A stretch of DNA of 64,000 nt from positions 14,322,001-14,386,000 of the forward strand of contig NC_073404.1 in the NCBI RefSeq assembly GCF_028641065.1, given 5' to 3'. A program made the translations under genes and the position numbers. This document shows, in pieces, positions 23,956 to 38,900 of this stretch. This stretch comes from Leucoraja erinacea. Lineage: Eukaryota. Each line of letters opens with the position of its first letter. Position 1 is the stretch's first letter. The notes beneath the pieces are model-generated. The model was given only the letters and a program-made list of their open reading frames with translations, made no database searches and was not told where the DNA came from.

Positions 23956-25180
23956 GCATTTGATAAGGTCCCACAGGAGATTAGTGGGCAAAATTAGGGC
24001 ACATGGTATTGGGGGTAGAGTGCTGACATGGATAAAGAAGTGGTTGGCAGACAGGAAACATAGAGTAGGGATTTAAGGGTCCCTTTCGGAATGGCAGGCA
24101 GTGACTAGTCGGGTATCGCAAGGCTCGGTGCAGGGACCGCAGCTATTTACAATATACATCAATGATTTGGATGAAGGGATTCAAAGTAACATTAGCAAAT
24201 TTGCAGATGACACAAAATTGGGTGGCAGTGTGAACTATGAGGAAAATGCTATGAGAATGCACGGTGACTTGGACAGGTTGGGGGAGTGGGCAGATGCATG
24301 GCAGATTAAGTTTAACGCGGATAAATGTGAGGTTATCCGCTTTGGTAGCAAAAACAGAACACTATTTAAATTGCATCAAGTTGGGAAAAGGGGAAGTACA
24401 ACGGGATCTGGGGGTCCTTGTTCATCAGTCTATGAAATTAAGCATTTAAGAAGGAACTGCAGATGCTGGAAAATCGAAGGTACACAAAAATGCTGGAGAA
24501 ACTCAGCGGGAGCAGCAGCATCTATGGAGCGAAGGAAATAGGCAACGTTTCGGGCGGAAACACTTCTTCAGACTGAAAGTAAGCATGCAGGTACAGCAGG
24601 CAGTGAAGAAAGCGAATGGCATGTTGGACTTTATAACAAGAGGAATCGAATATTGGAGCAAAGAGGGTCTTCTGCATTTGTACAGAGCCTAATGAGACCA
24701 CACCTGGAGTATTGTGTGCAGTTTTGGTCCCCTAATTTGCGGAAAGACATTCTTGCTATTGAGGGAGTGCAGCGTAGGTTTACAAGTTTAATTCCCGGGA
24801 TGGCGGGACTGTCATATGCTGAGAGAATGGAGCAGCTGGGCTTGTATACTCTGGAGTTTAGAAGGATGAGAGGAATATCTCATTGAAACATATAAGATTG
24901 TTAAGGGTTTGGACACACTAGAGGCAGGAAACATGCTCCTGATGTTGGGGGAGTCCAGAACCAGGGGCCACAGTTTAAGAATGAGTAAGCCATTTAGAAC
25001 GGAGACGAGGAAACACTTTTTCCTCACAGAGAGTGGCGAGTGTGGAATTCTCTGCCTCGGAGGGCGGTGGAGGCAGGTTCTCTGGATGCTTTCAAGAGCT
25101 AGATAGGGCTCTTAAAAAAAATCGGAATCAGGGGATAAGGGGATAAGGCAGGAATGGGGTACTGATTGTGGATGACAGCT
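23956..25180 (+). mobile_element. CR1 LINE fragment (duplicate of 6420-7645)
   Basis: Same RT motifs. Confidence 0.88.
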
Positions 25181-26239
25181 GGGTCCATATACCTCTTAGG
25201 CATGATATCAGCAAGACGCGTCTCTCGTGTTCGAAGATCCATGAAGTTGAGGTGCATCCAAAATTGCTGCATGTCCTATTGAAAATTCCAATCAATTCTT
25301 TGCTTGCTAGCCTACATCATTCCTCAGTTAAAGCATCTTGAGACTTGGCCCATGACTAGTGGTGTACCTCAGGGGTCAGTGTTGGCCCCATTGTTGTTTG
25401 TCAGTTATATTAATGATTTGGATGAGAATGTACAAGGCCTGGTTAGTAAATTTGCAGATGATGCTAAAATAAGTGATATTGTAGACAGTAAATAGTCAAG
25501 AATAATAACAGGATATTGATCAGCTGAGAAGTGTGCAGAAGAACAGCAAATGCAGTTTGATTCAAATGATGAGGTTGCTTTTTGGGAAGTCAAACCAAAG
25601 TAGGACATTCTCAATGAACGCTGGCCTTCATCAGTCAGGGGATTGAGTATAGAAGTTAGGACATTGTATCAGAGAGTAAAACACAAAGTGCTAGAGTAAC
25701 CCAGCGGGCCAGGTAGCCTCCCTGGAGGACATGGATAGTCAATATTGAGTCGGGACACATCTCCAAACTCAAAATAAAATTAATACCCGTTTCTACACTT
25801 CCTCCCTCACATCCATCATGGACCCTATCAGCCCTTCTCAGCGAGAGTGATTGATATCCACCTCCTCTAACCTCAAAAAAACATGCAACACTATGTTACA
25901 CCTAAACACAATGTCAGTGATGCTCCACTTGGAGGACTGCATTGGTGGTTGGCTCCATTCACAGCACAGCGAACATCCAAGGCACAAATTTAAGGTGTGT
26001 TGTGAAAAAGACTGCCTACATAAGGAGAAATAAACCTTGGCCAATGTGAGGCTTGGAATTGACATTTTTCAGATAGCAGATGAAATAACATGTATAACAA
26101 TATTGGTTGATTGGGGAAAATGTGTGGGCTCTGGGGAAATGCTGCAGGAATGGAAGTATCTGGATAACTTTTGAAAGTTATGATGGCCCAAATGAATACT
26201 AACAGTACTTTTCCCCCCATTCTTGTTGGGTTCATGTGA

Positions 26240-26680
26240 TTGGAGCAGAATTAGGCCATTAAGCCATTCTCCTGCCTTCTCTCCATAACCCCTGACACTG
26301 TTCTAATCAAGAATCTCTGCCTTAAATATATCCATTGACTTGGCCTGCAGTCTTCAGTGGTAATGAATTCCACAGATTCAAGATCCGCTGACTAAAGAAA
26401 TATCTCCTCATCTTCCTAAAGAATGTCCTTAAATTCTGAGGCTATGACCTGTGGTCCTAGACTCTCCCATTAGTGGAAACATCCTCTCCACATCCACTCT
26501 TTCTAGTCCTTTCACTATACAGTAATTTTCAATGAGGTCCACCCTCATCCTTCTAAATTCCAGCGGGTAGAGGCCCAGTGCTGTCAAATGCTCATCATAT
26601 GTTAACTCACTCATTCCTGGGATCATTCTCATACATCTTCTCTGGACCCTCTCCAAGGCCAGCACATCCTTCCTCACATA
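26240..26680 (-). mobile_element. CR1 3' end
   Basis: RKDVLALERVQRR..GLYPLEFRRMRVDLIE..ESRTTGHSL. Confidence 0.8.
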
Positions 26681-27355
26681 TGTTATTCTGACTCGGAGGA
26701 TAACATTCATATTGATTTTAAAGCATAGATCATTATTCAACAGTTTATTCATTATTTGATTAGTTTGTCAAGGAGCTTCCTGTTGGTCAATGGTAAGGGG
26801 AAGATCATTTTTAATTTGACCTCAGGTCCAGGAATGCTCTCACATTCTGGTCCGCATCATGCCTCAGTGGAGATACCAAAGAGCATCACTATTGCATCAA
26901 GAGTTCTTTCCCAAACCAGCTGTCCTTTGGGCAACTCGAGTTTTTTAGTTTTAGAGATACAGCGTGGTAACAGGGCCTTCAGCCCACCAAGTCCACGCCA
27001 ATAATCAATTACCCGTACAAGTATTCATATGCTACACATTAGGGGTAATTTTAGAGAAGCCAATTAACCTACAAACCTGCACTTATTTGGTACGCGGGAG
27101 TAAACCGGAGCACCCGCAGAAATCCCATGCAATCACAGGGAGATGGTACAAATTAGTGGACATTGACAGGTAGATCAAAGATATTGACCACCCCACCATC
27201 AGAGATCTGTTGGAAGTGCTACCTCACCACAGCAGGTATCATTCATGAAGGGCCCATACCAACCTAGCCACACTCTCACATCAGTGTTATCATTGGGAAT
27301 GTGGTGCAGGAGCCAGAGAATCATTAGCACCATTTTTCTACACACACTCTATAAC

Positions 27356-27664
27356 GTTAGTTTAATTTAGTTTAGTTTAGTTTAGATACAGTGTGGAAAC
27401 AGGCCCTTCAGCCCACTGGGTCCACGCCGACCAGCGATCCCCGCACATTAACACCATCCTACACACACTAGGGACAATTTACACTTTAAACAAGCCAATT
27501 AACCAACCGGGCGAGGAACCGGAAGATCTCAGAGAAAACCCATGCAGGTCACGGGGAAAACGTACAAACTCCGTACAGACAGCACTTAGTCGGGATCGCA
27601 CCCGGGTCTCCGGTGCTGCAAGCGCTGTAAGGCAGCAACTCCACCGCTGTACCACCGTGCTGCC
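27356..27664 (-). mobile_element. tRNA-derived V-SINE (HE1-like), near full length
   Basis: Head GGCAGCACGGTGGTACAGCGGTGG, V core GGAGTTTGTACGTT.TCCCCGTGACC, (CTAAA)n tail. Confidence 0.8.
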
Positions 27665-28409
27665 TAACTACTGACAAATCGTCTGAAGAAAGTTCCCAAC
27701 ATGAAACATTGATTGAGCATTTCCCTCCATGGATGCTGCCTGGCCTGCTGAGTTCTTTCCGCAGTTTTTGCGTCTTAAATTCCAGATTCCCTTAAAATCC
27801 AAACATTTCACAAATAAACTTGGTTTCTAATCCTCCAGAGCCATCTTGAAGAAATTTCTAATTTCAGTCCTGAGATTACCCGTTTGACACTGACTTGTGA
27901 TTCAGACGCATCAGAAGAAACATCTCTATACCTACCGTGTCAAGCCTGTGAAATGTTTACGCAGATCACCTATTCTTCTAATCTCAAAATTAGTCATCTT
28001 AAATTCCACCCCTCCCAGGTTCAACCTGGAAAGCTTCACTGCACGCACTCTAACAACTATTTCAGTCATACAGCGTGGAAACGGGCCATCCGGCCCAACT
28101 TGCTCACATGTCCCGTCTGCACTAGTCCCACCTGCCTGTGTTTGGCCCATATCCCTCTAAATCTGTGCAATCCATGTATCCACATTCTTAAACATTCCGA
28201 TAGTAGCTCTTTGCTGAAAGTACTTCCTATGCTTTCCATGCAAAAAACAAACAGCAGCTGGAAATTAAAAAACAGAAACATTTTCAATCCTAATAACCGT
28301 TGAGAAATCAATGAAGTCCTCAAACCCAAATGTACCAAAGTAGACACAAACCAAAACTAATTTATCTAAATTCACAAACAAGATAATCTGATATACCACA
28401 TAAAAAATA

Positions 28410-28415
28410 TTTATT
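28410..28415 (-). terminator. Candidate NUP88 polyadenylation signal
   Basis: AATAAA on minus about 1.4 kb after the stop, followed by GT/T-rich sequence. Confidence 0.5.
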
Positions 28416-29839
28416 CAGACACAAACGTTTGTGCAGTGTACAAAAATTGCATCTCAATTTACTACTTGAAAAATCTCAGTCATTTGCTTGCATAGTTTGG
28501 GTTGTAAGCTTCTTTTTTTATAAAGTGGAGGGGGGGGGGGGGGGGTGGGGCGACATTTTAGCTCCATGGGAAAGTAAAATAGAACATGTAAATCTACTGT
28601 TGGACATGATCCACATATTACTGACACTATTTTTTTGCAAGGCATTTTATAGGACTGAGGCCAAATATTTACATCAAGTTTCATCCATCCAAAATGTGAA
28701 TTCACTTTCAATAAATCAACTTAAAAGCAGTGAGGTACAAAAATAAATAGGAGAGTACACAAATTGGCAGACTCATTTGCAAGAGCTTCTGAAACATTTT
28801 AAACATTTAAAGGCCTTTCCTTAGATGACTGTATAAAAAAACAATCCAGATTGGACAACTTATCAGGTGAAATATTATCCTCCTTTGCTAAAGTTCAAGC
28901 CTGCGATGCAAGCCTGGATTTATGGCCACTGCACTCATGCCGAGACAGATTGAAGCAACGACAGTATGAGCAGAAGGCCCTTTCTGAACATCACTGGCAG
29001 TGGCAGAGAACATTCATTGATCACTCCAGGCCAAACAACTTACACAGATAGTGACGTAGCTCCAGTTCAATGCTGACCTCCAGTGCTGTCTGAGTGGAGC
29101 TTGTACATTCTCTGTGACCGAGTGAGTTTCCGCCCACATCATAAAGGCTGGGAGATTAATTGGCAAATTGTCCATGATTTGTGGTACGAGCATCAGGTTG
29201 GAGTTAATGGACATAAGAGAGAATAAATTACAGGGAAATAAGTGGGGGAATGAATTTGCTATGAGAGTCAGCAGAGCCTTGAGTGGCTGAACAGCCTCCG
29301 AAGCTCAGAGACAAAAAAGTAAACAAATTCAAAACACAACATATCCGAGAAAGGTTTGGTTTTAGCCACCCGTAATAGCAGATATCCAAACAGTGGATAT
29401 AGTTGATCATTAGTCATTTAAAACATACAGGCATGAGAATGGCCCGTTTACATTTAATCAAATTAAGGTTTACACATCAGATCTGGTATTTATGGAAAGG
29501 TTGCAGCTACAGATTTAGAAAAGAAAAGCATGTTAATAATTTGATATTATCAAAATCTAGAAAACAAGGAACCAGTTCAATAATCCTTTGTGTTGGGAGA
29601 TTAAACCAATAATTCTAATCTGAATGCTACATATACTGCAAACATAAAAACCGGGTGAAATTAATTTAAACGTACAAAATGCCATCGAAACTCAGAGCTG
29701 GAGTAAGATTGGCAGAGTCTGAAATGTTGCCATGTTACTTCACTTTGCTCTAAGAGAATGCTTATTGTTTCTCATCCTACACCACCTTTACATACAGTTC
29801 ATCCCAAAGAATAAACCGTGGCAGAGAACAAAATAGTAC

Positions 29840-29903
29840 TTAAAAATTTACATGAGTTCGTATGTCATTAATTTTCTTCACCATTTCAGTAATATGTTCA
29901 CTC
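29840..29903 (-). CDS. NUP88: NUP88 exon 17 (stop)
   Basis: [20 protein letters not shown]. Confidence 0.92.
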
Positions 29904-32900
29904 CTGAAATAGAAAACAAAGACAATATTAGAATGATTTAAAGAACATAGAATAGTATAGCGCAGGAACTCGCCGTTCAGCCCATACGAACATAATGCCA
30001 AATTAAACTACACTCTTCAGCCTGCATATGATCCATATCCCTCCATTGCTTCATATTCATGTACCTATCTCAAACCCTCATAAACTATCAAATCTACTTC
30101 CACCACCATCCCTGGCAGCGTGTTTCAGACACCGACCACTGCGTAAAATAAATTGCCTTATACATTTCCTTTAAACGTTGACTCTCTGACCTTAAGACTA
30201 TGCCTACTAAAGTTTGACATTTCCCTCTGGGCAAAAAACTCTGACTGTCTATCTTATTTATCCCTCTCAATTGTGTAAACTTCAATAAGGTCTCTTCTCA
30301 ACCTCCGACACTACAGAGAAAAACAATCCAAGATTGTAAAACCTTTTATAGTTAATACCCTTTAATCTAGGCAGCATTCTGGTAAATATCTTTTGCACGC
30401 TCTCCATAACTTCCACATCATTCCAGTGATGGGGCAACCAGAACTGCACACAATACTTCAAATGTGTCTAATCAAAGTTTTCTAAAGCTGCAACATGACT
30501 TCCGAACACTTTTACTTATGACTGATGAAGACAAGCATACCATAACACTTCTTTACCACTATCTACTTGTGTTGCCACTCTCAGAAAGATACACCCCATG
30601 ATTCTCTACACCAATACTGTTGAGGGTTAAAGGAGTTTCTATTACAAGCAGCCCTCCCTGTTTCACCTTGAAATTTGATCATGACTGATGAATATCTTAT
30701 CCACCGACCTCAATTCCAGATTATATAATACCCTTGCCCCAAGATCACAAGTTTCTATGTCAGGACAATGTGTCATTTGGAAGTCTTGTTGCACATCCTC
30801 ATATCAATGTTTTTAATTAAACTAATAGATCACAAAACATGGACAGTATCTGTGGAGGGAATAGACAGACAAAGGTTTGAGCAGGGACCCTTCTTCTGAC
30901 AGATGTCTGAAGAGGGGTTCCAATCTGAAATGGCATCAGTTCTTCCAGCACAGTGTTTAGCTCAAGTTTTCAGCATAAAACCCCAGTGTTACTTACTGCT
31001 CCTTAAGCACTGAATGGATGCATTTCTTCTGAGACACACTGAGAGTGATGCTCTTTTTCCGTGCACTTTCCTCCGGCTGTATTTCCTTCCGTTGATATTC
31101 AGTCTTCATTTGCACCTGAGGAGGAAAATATTAAGGTTCAATTAAATGGGGTGAAATCCTAAACATGCTATTTTACACAAAAGAGACTGCAGCGTCACTT
31201 GCATCGTGGGGTTTAACATTTCTTCCAACCGTGCCACCTCAATCATCGTGGCACTGATCTAATCTGCAGTCGAGATCAATTCTACAAGTAGTGCCTGATC
31301 TACCAAACACAAGGAAAGTATCACACGTAGTGGAGACTAGGGATAAAAGTTGAACATTTGGAAAATGGTTTGCAAAATACATGGAAAAAGATTTCCCCTC
31401 CTAGATCAATGACTGCACTGAAACAAGTGAAGATAAATTATAATGGAAGATGAAAGGTGATTGTAATGGGATAAATGAACAAAAAATGTTGGCACATCAG
31501 TGGTGCTCATCGGAGAGCACAATTATCTAAACTTACAAATGAAAATACTTTTCGATGCTGGAAATCTGAAAAGGTGGAAAATCACACATCTCGACAACTG
31601 AAACCATTGAACTCAGTAATGAGTCTGAAAGGGTGCACTGTGCCTCGATGGAAAGCAAGGCCCATGCTTACGCCAAGCTACACTGAGTGTAGGAGAGGAG
31701 GACAGAGATCAGATTTGGAGTGGAACCGAGGAGACCACAAGAAGCATTCAGTCAAACTGAGCTTGCAACCCCACCCATTGTAAAGCAGACCACAGTAGAC
31801 ACTGAATAGAACATGCCATGATGGTACAAGTAAACTATACATTCACAAGAAAAGTATTTAGATATCTGCACTGTGTAAAAGACAGATGCTGCATCTCATT
31901 CAATTAAAAAAGAGGGTGCGACAGCATGGGGAGTGGGACTGGTGGTGATGGAAGATGAACCAGTGTCCCTGGGGAAAACATACCTTTCAAAGCAGGGAAG
32001 GGGGATATATTTTTAGTGATGGCTCCTTATAATCGATGATGGAATTGGCTTAGCATTATCCATTGATAATTGTAGAAGCGAGATGGTCTTGACCCAGTCG
32101 ACAATACCAATCCTCCTATGGTTCTGGGAGAATAAGGAAGAAGGGAAAGCCTTCCTATACCATGCAGTGGGGAAGGATTCCGTCAACCATGTTGAAGGGA
32201 ATCTTCAATTGAGGAAAGACATGCAGATGGCCTGGTATGGGTGGCAACATCACTACAAAGGGGAGAGGGAAACTAGGGAATGGAGTTGAGGGGGGAATCA
32301 TTTGTCATGGCAGTTAAAGGATTAAGTAAATTTTGACTGGAAGCTTCATGCCCAAAGTAGATTATAGAGAAGTCAAGGAATGAAGTGAAAGGGTCGAGGC
32401 AGAAGAATTGAAGGCAAGAGGCATGAATATGAGCAAAGTTGTGGAAATGTTCTACTTCGGAGCAAGATTAAGAAAGATGCAGCACAAAAACATGTTGGTC
32501 AGCCTACCAAATCAGTACCGACCATCAATGCAGGCTCGAAGGGCCGAATGGCCTACTCCTGCACCTAATTTCTATTACTCAAAGAATAATCCTACATGGA
32601 CCCTATTGGTTTAAAAAATCCAACATTCTCTCACTCACCTACAAATTAAGTTTACAACAGCACATCTTTGTAATGTGGGAGGAAACCAGAGTACCCGGAG
32701 AAGACCCACAAGGTCACAGGGAGAATGTGACACAGGCAGACCCAATGTCAAGATTTAATCTAGATTCGCCCCTGCTAGTTATGCTACTGTGCTGCTGCAA
32801 GCCACAAGTGGACATACACAACAGAAAGCCCAAACTACTGGAGGAACATAGAAGTCAGGCAACAACTGGATCTCACATTCACCATTTCTAACAAACGGAA

Positions 32901-35900
32901 TACAAGGCTTCACATGCAGAGCGCTGTTGCAGGGACGTGAAACATTGACTATCACTTTGTCTCAACCGATGCTGCCTAACCCGCTGAGTACAAGTAGTTT
33001 GAACAAAAAAAAATGCTGGACGAACTCAGCAGGTCAGACAGCATCTGTGGAGGGAATGGACAAAGTTTTGGTTGGGACCCTTCTTCAGCCTTTGAATAGG
33101 GGCCCTGATCCAAAATGTTCTCTGTCCATTCCCTCTTCAGATGCTGCCTTACCAGCTGTGTTCTTCCAACACTATATTTTACTCAAGCTTCCAGCAATTG
33201 CAGTCTCTATTGTCTCTTCAAATAGACAATATTTTTTTTTCCACATTACAGCACCTGTAGTCTCTTGTTTCTGGCAAGTACACCAAAGTTTTCTAACTTA
33301 AAGGAAAAAATGCCGAGTCAAACAGTCATCTTTTGCACAAAACCTCTGAAGCACGGACCACAAGTTGCTTTTCAGACCAATGCCAGAGCTCAGTGATGCT
33401 GCTTTGGAACCACTGTGAATGGAGCTAACTTTGTAATGTGCACTTTATTAAAAAAATATCAGATCAATAAGAAATATTTTCAGAAAAAGCATTTAGAAAT
33501 TACCATTAAATGATAGATGGCAGAAAATTATTCTTGCCTGTGTAATGGTGCTTTCCAAGTCACCGAGCTGGTCATTGAGAACAACAAGTTCTTTCTTCAT
33601 ATCTCTCTCACTATCAGACAGCACGGGAAGATGTGAATTAAAACTGTGCAAAACTTTCTTCACCCTGTAAAGTGGAAAATATTAAAAATAATCTTTTTGC
33701 AAAAAGACTAAACAGGTCTACTCAATTTGTGATTTTCACGAAAGTGCAGTTCAAATGAGGTTCTATTCTTGACATACCTTTTCATCACTATTTCTTGGTT
33801 GTATTTTACCCCCTCATATTTGCCAGCCAGTTCTTCTGCCATTTCCTGCAGAAGTTTTCTGTTGAAGAGAGTTAACAGTGGTCAGGACCTCCACAGCTTG
33901 ACAACCATTTTCAAAAAGATGTTCTACTTCATGAAAAATTGTTGATCATGATCTCAGTCAAATCAAACTATCTGTCATGTTAAATTCAATCAATATTTTA
34001 AACAAATATCTCAATATATTGATATCCATCCTGGCACACAATGGGCTTCTCAGACTTTTAACGCTTTGGCACAGCTATATTATCAAACTGGATATTATGA
34101 TTCATGTCAAGGAGATCAAGACATCCTGCTCAGATCCCTCAATTAGCCCACTACTTATAACCAAGCCTTACAGTTAAAAAAATGTCTGTGACTTAAACAA
34201 ACGAGGCAGCAGGATACTATTCACTGCCCCTCATATTGAGTGGTATATAAATGCGTTCAGTTTTGTGTCACATACTTACCTCTCATTGATGCACTGTTCA
34301 AGATCAAACTTCTGCTTATTCTTCTGACTGGTTAAAAGCTTCACCCTGGAATACATAAATATGCATGGTAGCCTCACTCACAAATTGCATCAGTCTAGTT
34401 CGTAATTTGAACACTCAGAAATGAAGGAGGCTGCAGAAAATGGACTTTTGCCCAGTCTTTCACATGTACTGACTTCATCATCAAAGGGATCTACTGGAGG
34501 CACGGCCTCAAAAATGCAACTAATATCAAGAACCTACACCAGTCTGGCAATGCCCTCATCTCACTACTATCATTAGGAAGATTGGGTATAAGCCTGAAAA
34601 CAGTGGCCTCCAGGTTTGATTACAGTTTCTTTCCAGCAACTATCTGTTTGTACGGAGTTTGTACATTCTCCCCGTGACCTGCATGGATTTTCTCCAAGAT
34701 CTATAGTTTCCTCCCACACTACAAAAGACGTACAGGTTTGTAGGTTCATTGGCTTGGTAAATGTAAAGATCGTCCCCAGTGGGTGCAGGACAGTGTTAAA
34801 ATGCGAGGATCGCTGGTCAGCGTGGACCCGGTGGGCTGTAAGGCCTTTTTTTGTGCTGTATCTCTAAAGTAAAATATCAGGCTCTTGAACACTCAACAAT
34901 ACTAACCACAACCCTACCCAGCTTCTCTGATCTGCTATGGACTTTGGTTTGGTTGCACAAAGTAATTTATTTTTGCTGTGTTACGCTCTGGCTACCCAGT
35001 GTTACTGATTATCAATTTATTTTATTAATGATTATTGTAGGTCTATTTGTGTGAGATTGCATTAATGAGAATGAAAGCTGCCATATGCATGCCAATAAAC
35101 ACTCTTGCATTGACAAAATTGAGGACAATGGATTATTAGAGCACGGAAAGTATTTGATTCATAGAATTCCCTGTAGATCAGTAGCCTTTTGGCCACCTCC
35201 ATCAATTCACAATAAGAGTACTTGTCGGGGCGGGGTGGATGGTCTGGAGTCAGGTGAAAGAATATCTGGATCAGTGGCAGAAACAGTTGAGTCAGCATTC
35301 ATAAAACTGAAGGAAGAAAATTAGCACCAGAGAGGAAGAGCCACTGTCCCCAAAATAAAAAGCGTCGAGGAGAAGTAATTTATTTATATTACAAGTTGCT
35401 ATAAACAAACTGGAAGATTACCTCCGTGCTATCTCTTCTCTTGCAAGAGCCTGTTTGAGGATGTACTCTTCTCTGAACACCTGGGTGGCTCGACTCAAGA
35501 GCTGCAAACACTCCTGTGGTGGCGGAGCTCCCTCTGCATCTGAAGCTCTGATTTAAAGAATGAGAATGTGTTAACTGTGTAGCCCGTAGAATTCAATGAA
35601 CTAAATTCTGTATCCAGGTCATTCAATGCCTAGTCATACAACTGAATCGTAAACAAGATGTATTAGCATAGTAAAATCATGTATAATTCAGCCAAAACAG
35701 TGTACCAGGTGTACCACGCCAGTAGGATTACTAACTAGTGCAGGTAAGAAATCAATAAGTAGCACACCAGAAGCATTCAATGTCTCTGACAGTCAACAGG
35801 AACACTGTCCTCCGTACCAGATCCAACGTTCGACATCATGTTTGCAAATCACATTTAGAATGGCAGCACCAGGAGGTGGTGACAACATTCCTGATGGGGA

Positions 35901-38900
35901 ACTAATAATTCAGCAACATGCCCCCTGCAGCTGGACTATGTGGTACTAATCTATATCAAATAATTCATAAATTACAAATTTCAATTTGTTTTTAACAAAT
36001 CTTGCATTATAAAGTTAGTGTGGATGTTGTTGGATTGCCATATAAGCCCAATGAGTTCAACAATGTGGAAATAAATATGCTGTTTTTATCCTTTACACAG
36101 ATAGGTTTATGCATCTCCAAAACAGAGGAATGAGATTGAATCCAAGCTGCCTTTTGAAGTGGGTTAGATTACCAATTCCTAAAGAGCACAAGAGTCAACA
36201 AATGCTACTCAGGCCAGTATGATTCAAGAACTAAAGTATTGAGTCCAAGTGCCCAATTTCAATACAGTATAACTTTCATCAAAATGCTCAACAAATTTGG
36301 ATTTAATGGGAGAAAGGAATAATTGGGCGTTGCAATTTTGTGCTTCAAATTGAAAAGACCTCGGACACTTATGCTGACACTGATGAAGTGCCACAGAAAA
36401 ATAAAATCACCAAGCAAGCCAACCATGCCATTTACACTTGACTGTTATATGTGGGAAGGTGGTTTAATGGACAAACAGATCAACCAACTTATTATTGACC
36501 TAAAACTAAACTTGCAAATATTATTTTCTTAAAATATTCAGTGCTACAATGTACCTCTACACATCAATTTATAAAGGAAGTGGAACAAAACATTTAAAGT
36601 CACTAAATTTCTTCAGATGGAAGGAATTTAATTCAGACAATGAATGCATTTTAACAGAAGCATGGGCACAGTTAAATATTAAAATGGCACCTCAGAAGGA
36701 GTGGATTTGTTGTATTGCGACGCAAAATGTTTGCAATGTGTTGTTCAAAGGAACTGCTTGTGAAATTTCGCAGTGGCGATACAATGGAGCTGGTGTCTGG
36801 GTTGGAACACAGTAGTGGCGGTGAAACTGGCCGTGTGGTGGTTCTGAAAATAATTGATAAGCATGTTACACAACAATCAAATCAGGAAGTATTCAGCAGC
36901 TGCAAGCATTCAGATGCACATCATGCACCAAAGATATCAAAAAAAGTTTTTTAACTCACTGATATTTTCTATTTTTCATCTTCACTGCACCCACTTAGGA
37001 AAGGAAGTAAGTGTAAGTAACCATAATTATATTAGCTTCAAAACATTCATGGAAAAAGGCTGGACTGGGCCTTGAATTGTGGGAAGCCTAATTTCAATGG
37101 CATCAAACTGAAACTTTCAAACGTTGATTGGGGATAGGCTGTTTGCAGGTAAAGGGCATCTGACAAGTGAGTGGCTTTTGGCAATGAAATGAAAGAGTTC
37201 AGGGCCTGCATGTTTCTGCTAGAGGGTCCTGTCAGGCAAAAAGGAAATGCGAGCCTGACATAGAGAGCTGGGATTAAGCAAACACCATGAAGAGTAGAAG
37301 TGATACATTTTGGAAAGTTAAACCGGTCCAGGACATATACAGTTAATGGCAAAGCCACAGGGAATGATGTTGAAGAGTGGCCTTGGGGTACATGTACATT
37401 GTTTCTTGAAAATGGGAATAGGCAGACCAGATGGTGAGGAAGGTGTATGACTTGCATGAGTTTGCTTGTTGAGGCACTGAGCACAACAGTTGGGATATCA
37501 CCTTTGTTGTAGAAACCATTGGTTAGACTGCACTTGGAGTAATGTAGTTGGAGTTTCCGTCGTTCTAGAAACACTACAGGAAAAATGCAATTAAGCAAGA
37601 AAGATGCAGAAATGATCACAATGGTGTTGCCAGGACAGGAGAGCTTGAGGTACAAGGAGAGATTGAATAAACGGTTTGTTCTGGAGCAAAGGAGACTGGG
37701 GTAACACAATCTTCTTTGATGTATTGTACCCCAAGTTCTACAATTTATCAGGAGCCGATATTAAACCTCAGACATTCCCAGTCCAAGGTTGGTATCATTT
37801 TGAGTTTAACCATGCAATTCCAAAACTAATCACTGCTCTTCATTGCCTCAACTGGGAGTGGCAATTTCCATTCCTTGTCCTATGTACGAGTAGGTTACTG
37901 AAGAGGAAATTCACCCAATCCTGTTACAAGAGAAACTTGCAAACTAAAACGAATACTTACAGTAATTGTCTTATGATGCACTCGTATGAATCCGTAATGC
38001 AAATCATTGCTGCTCCTAGCGATAGGTCAGAAATTATCCAGAATCCTTTAATTGGTGCAGGCTGGCTGTATAAATAGTAGAAACAGAAAAATAGTGAAAC
38101 CAATGCCTTTAACAGTCTGTTCAAGAAGGAACTGCAGATGCTGGAAAATCAAAGGTACACAAAAATGTGCAAGAAACTCAGCGGGTGCAGCAGCATTTAT
38201 GGAGCGAAGGAAATAGGTAACGTTTTGGCCCGAAACGTTACCTATTTCCTTCGCTCCATAGATGCTGCTGCACCCGCCTTTAACAGTCTAGTGTGGTATC
38301 TTTGGGTAGCTCAAGAAACTCCAGTGTAAACATGTGTCCAACCCCATATTCATTCTGTATATTTAATGTAATGTCAAATAAAGTAGAATAAAGCTTAAAA
38401 TAGAAAATAAAGCAGTAACGGTCAAAAAATAGTATTGTTTCATGAAAAATTCAAAAGATTGACTTGTCAGTTCATTGTGCAAATCCCTTAAATGGCCTCC
38501 CTCTGTGAACCAGCAGCCTCGCGGTGAACTAGTTTAGTTCCCTGTATACATGTTATGTCTTTATTTATTTAGCCCCGTTTCATCCGTATTTTCCAGTTTT
38601 GCTTCTTCGAGGTAAGAAAATACTGCTTAACTGGGTGTATTTATGGTTCATTTGTTCAAAACTACGACGATTTTGTTGCTTTTATTACTTTATGTTTCAG
38701 AGCGCATAATTGTTAGACCAGTGTCTGAAACTAACTGTTATGTTCTTGGTTTTAGTATGGCAAAGAGCAGAGAGACACAAAGCGGCCAGTGAAATTTCTA
38801 CTGTAGGTAAAACCCAAGAAAGATAGCTTAAAACTATGCAAAAGTAACACAAACCCATTCACGTTTTATCCACGTTTTTAGTGGTAAGGAATAGAAAGCA

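Noticed and set aside
37047-37709. 220-aa minus-strand ORF
   Set aside because: Antisense of a degenerate CR1; starts at a non-ATG codon; no recognisable protein
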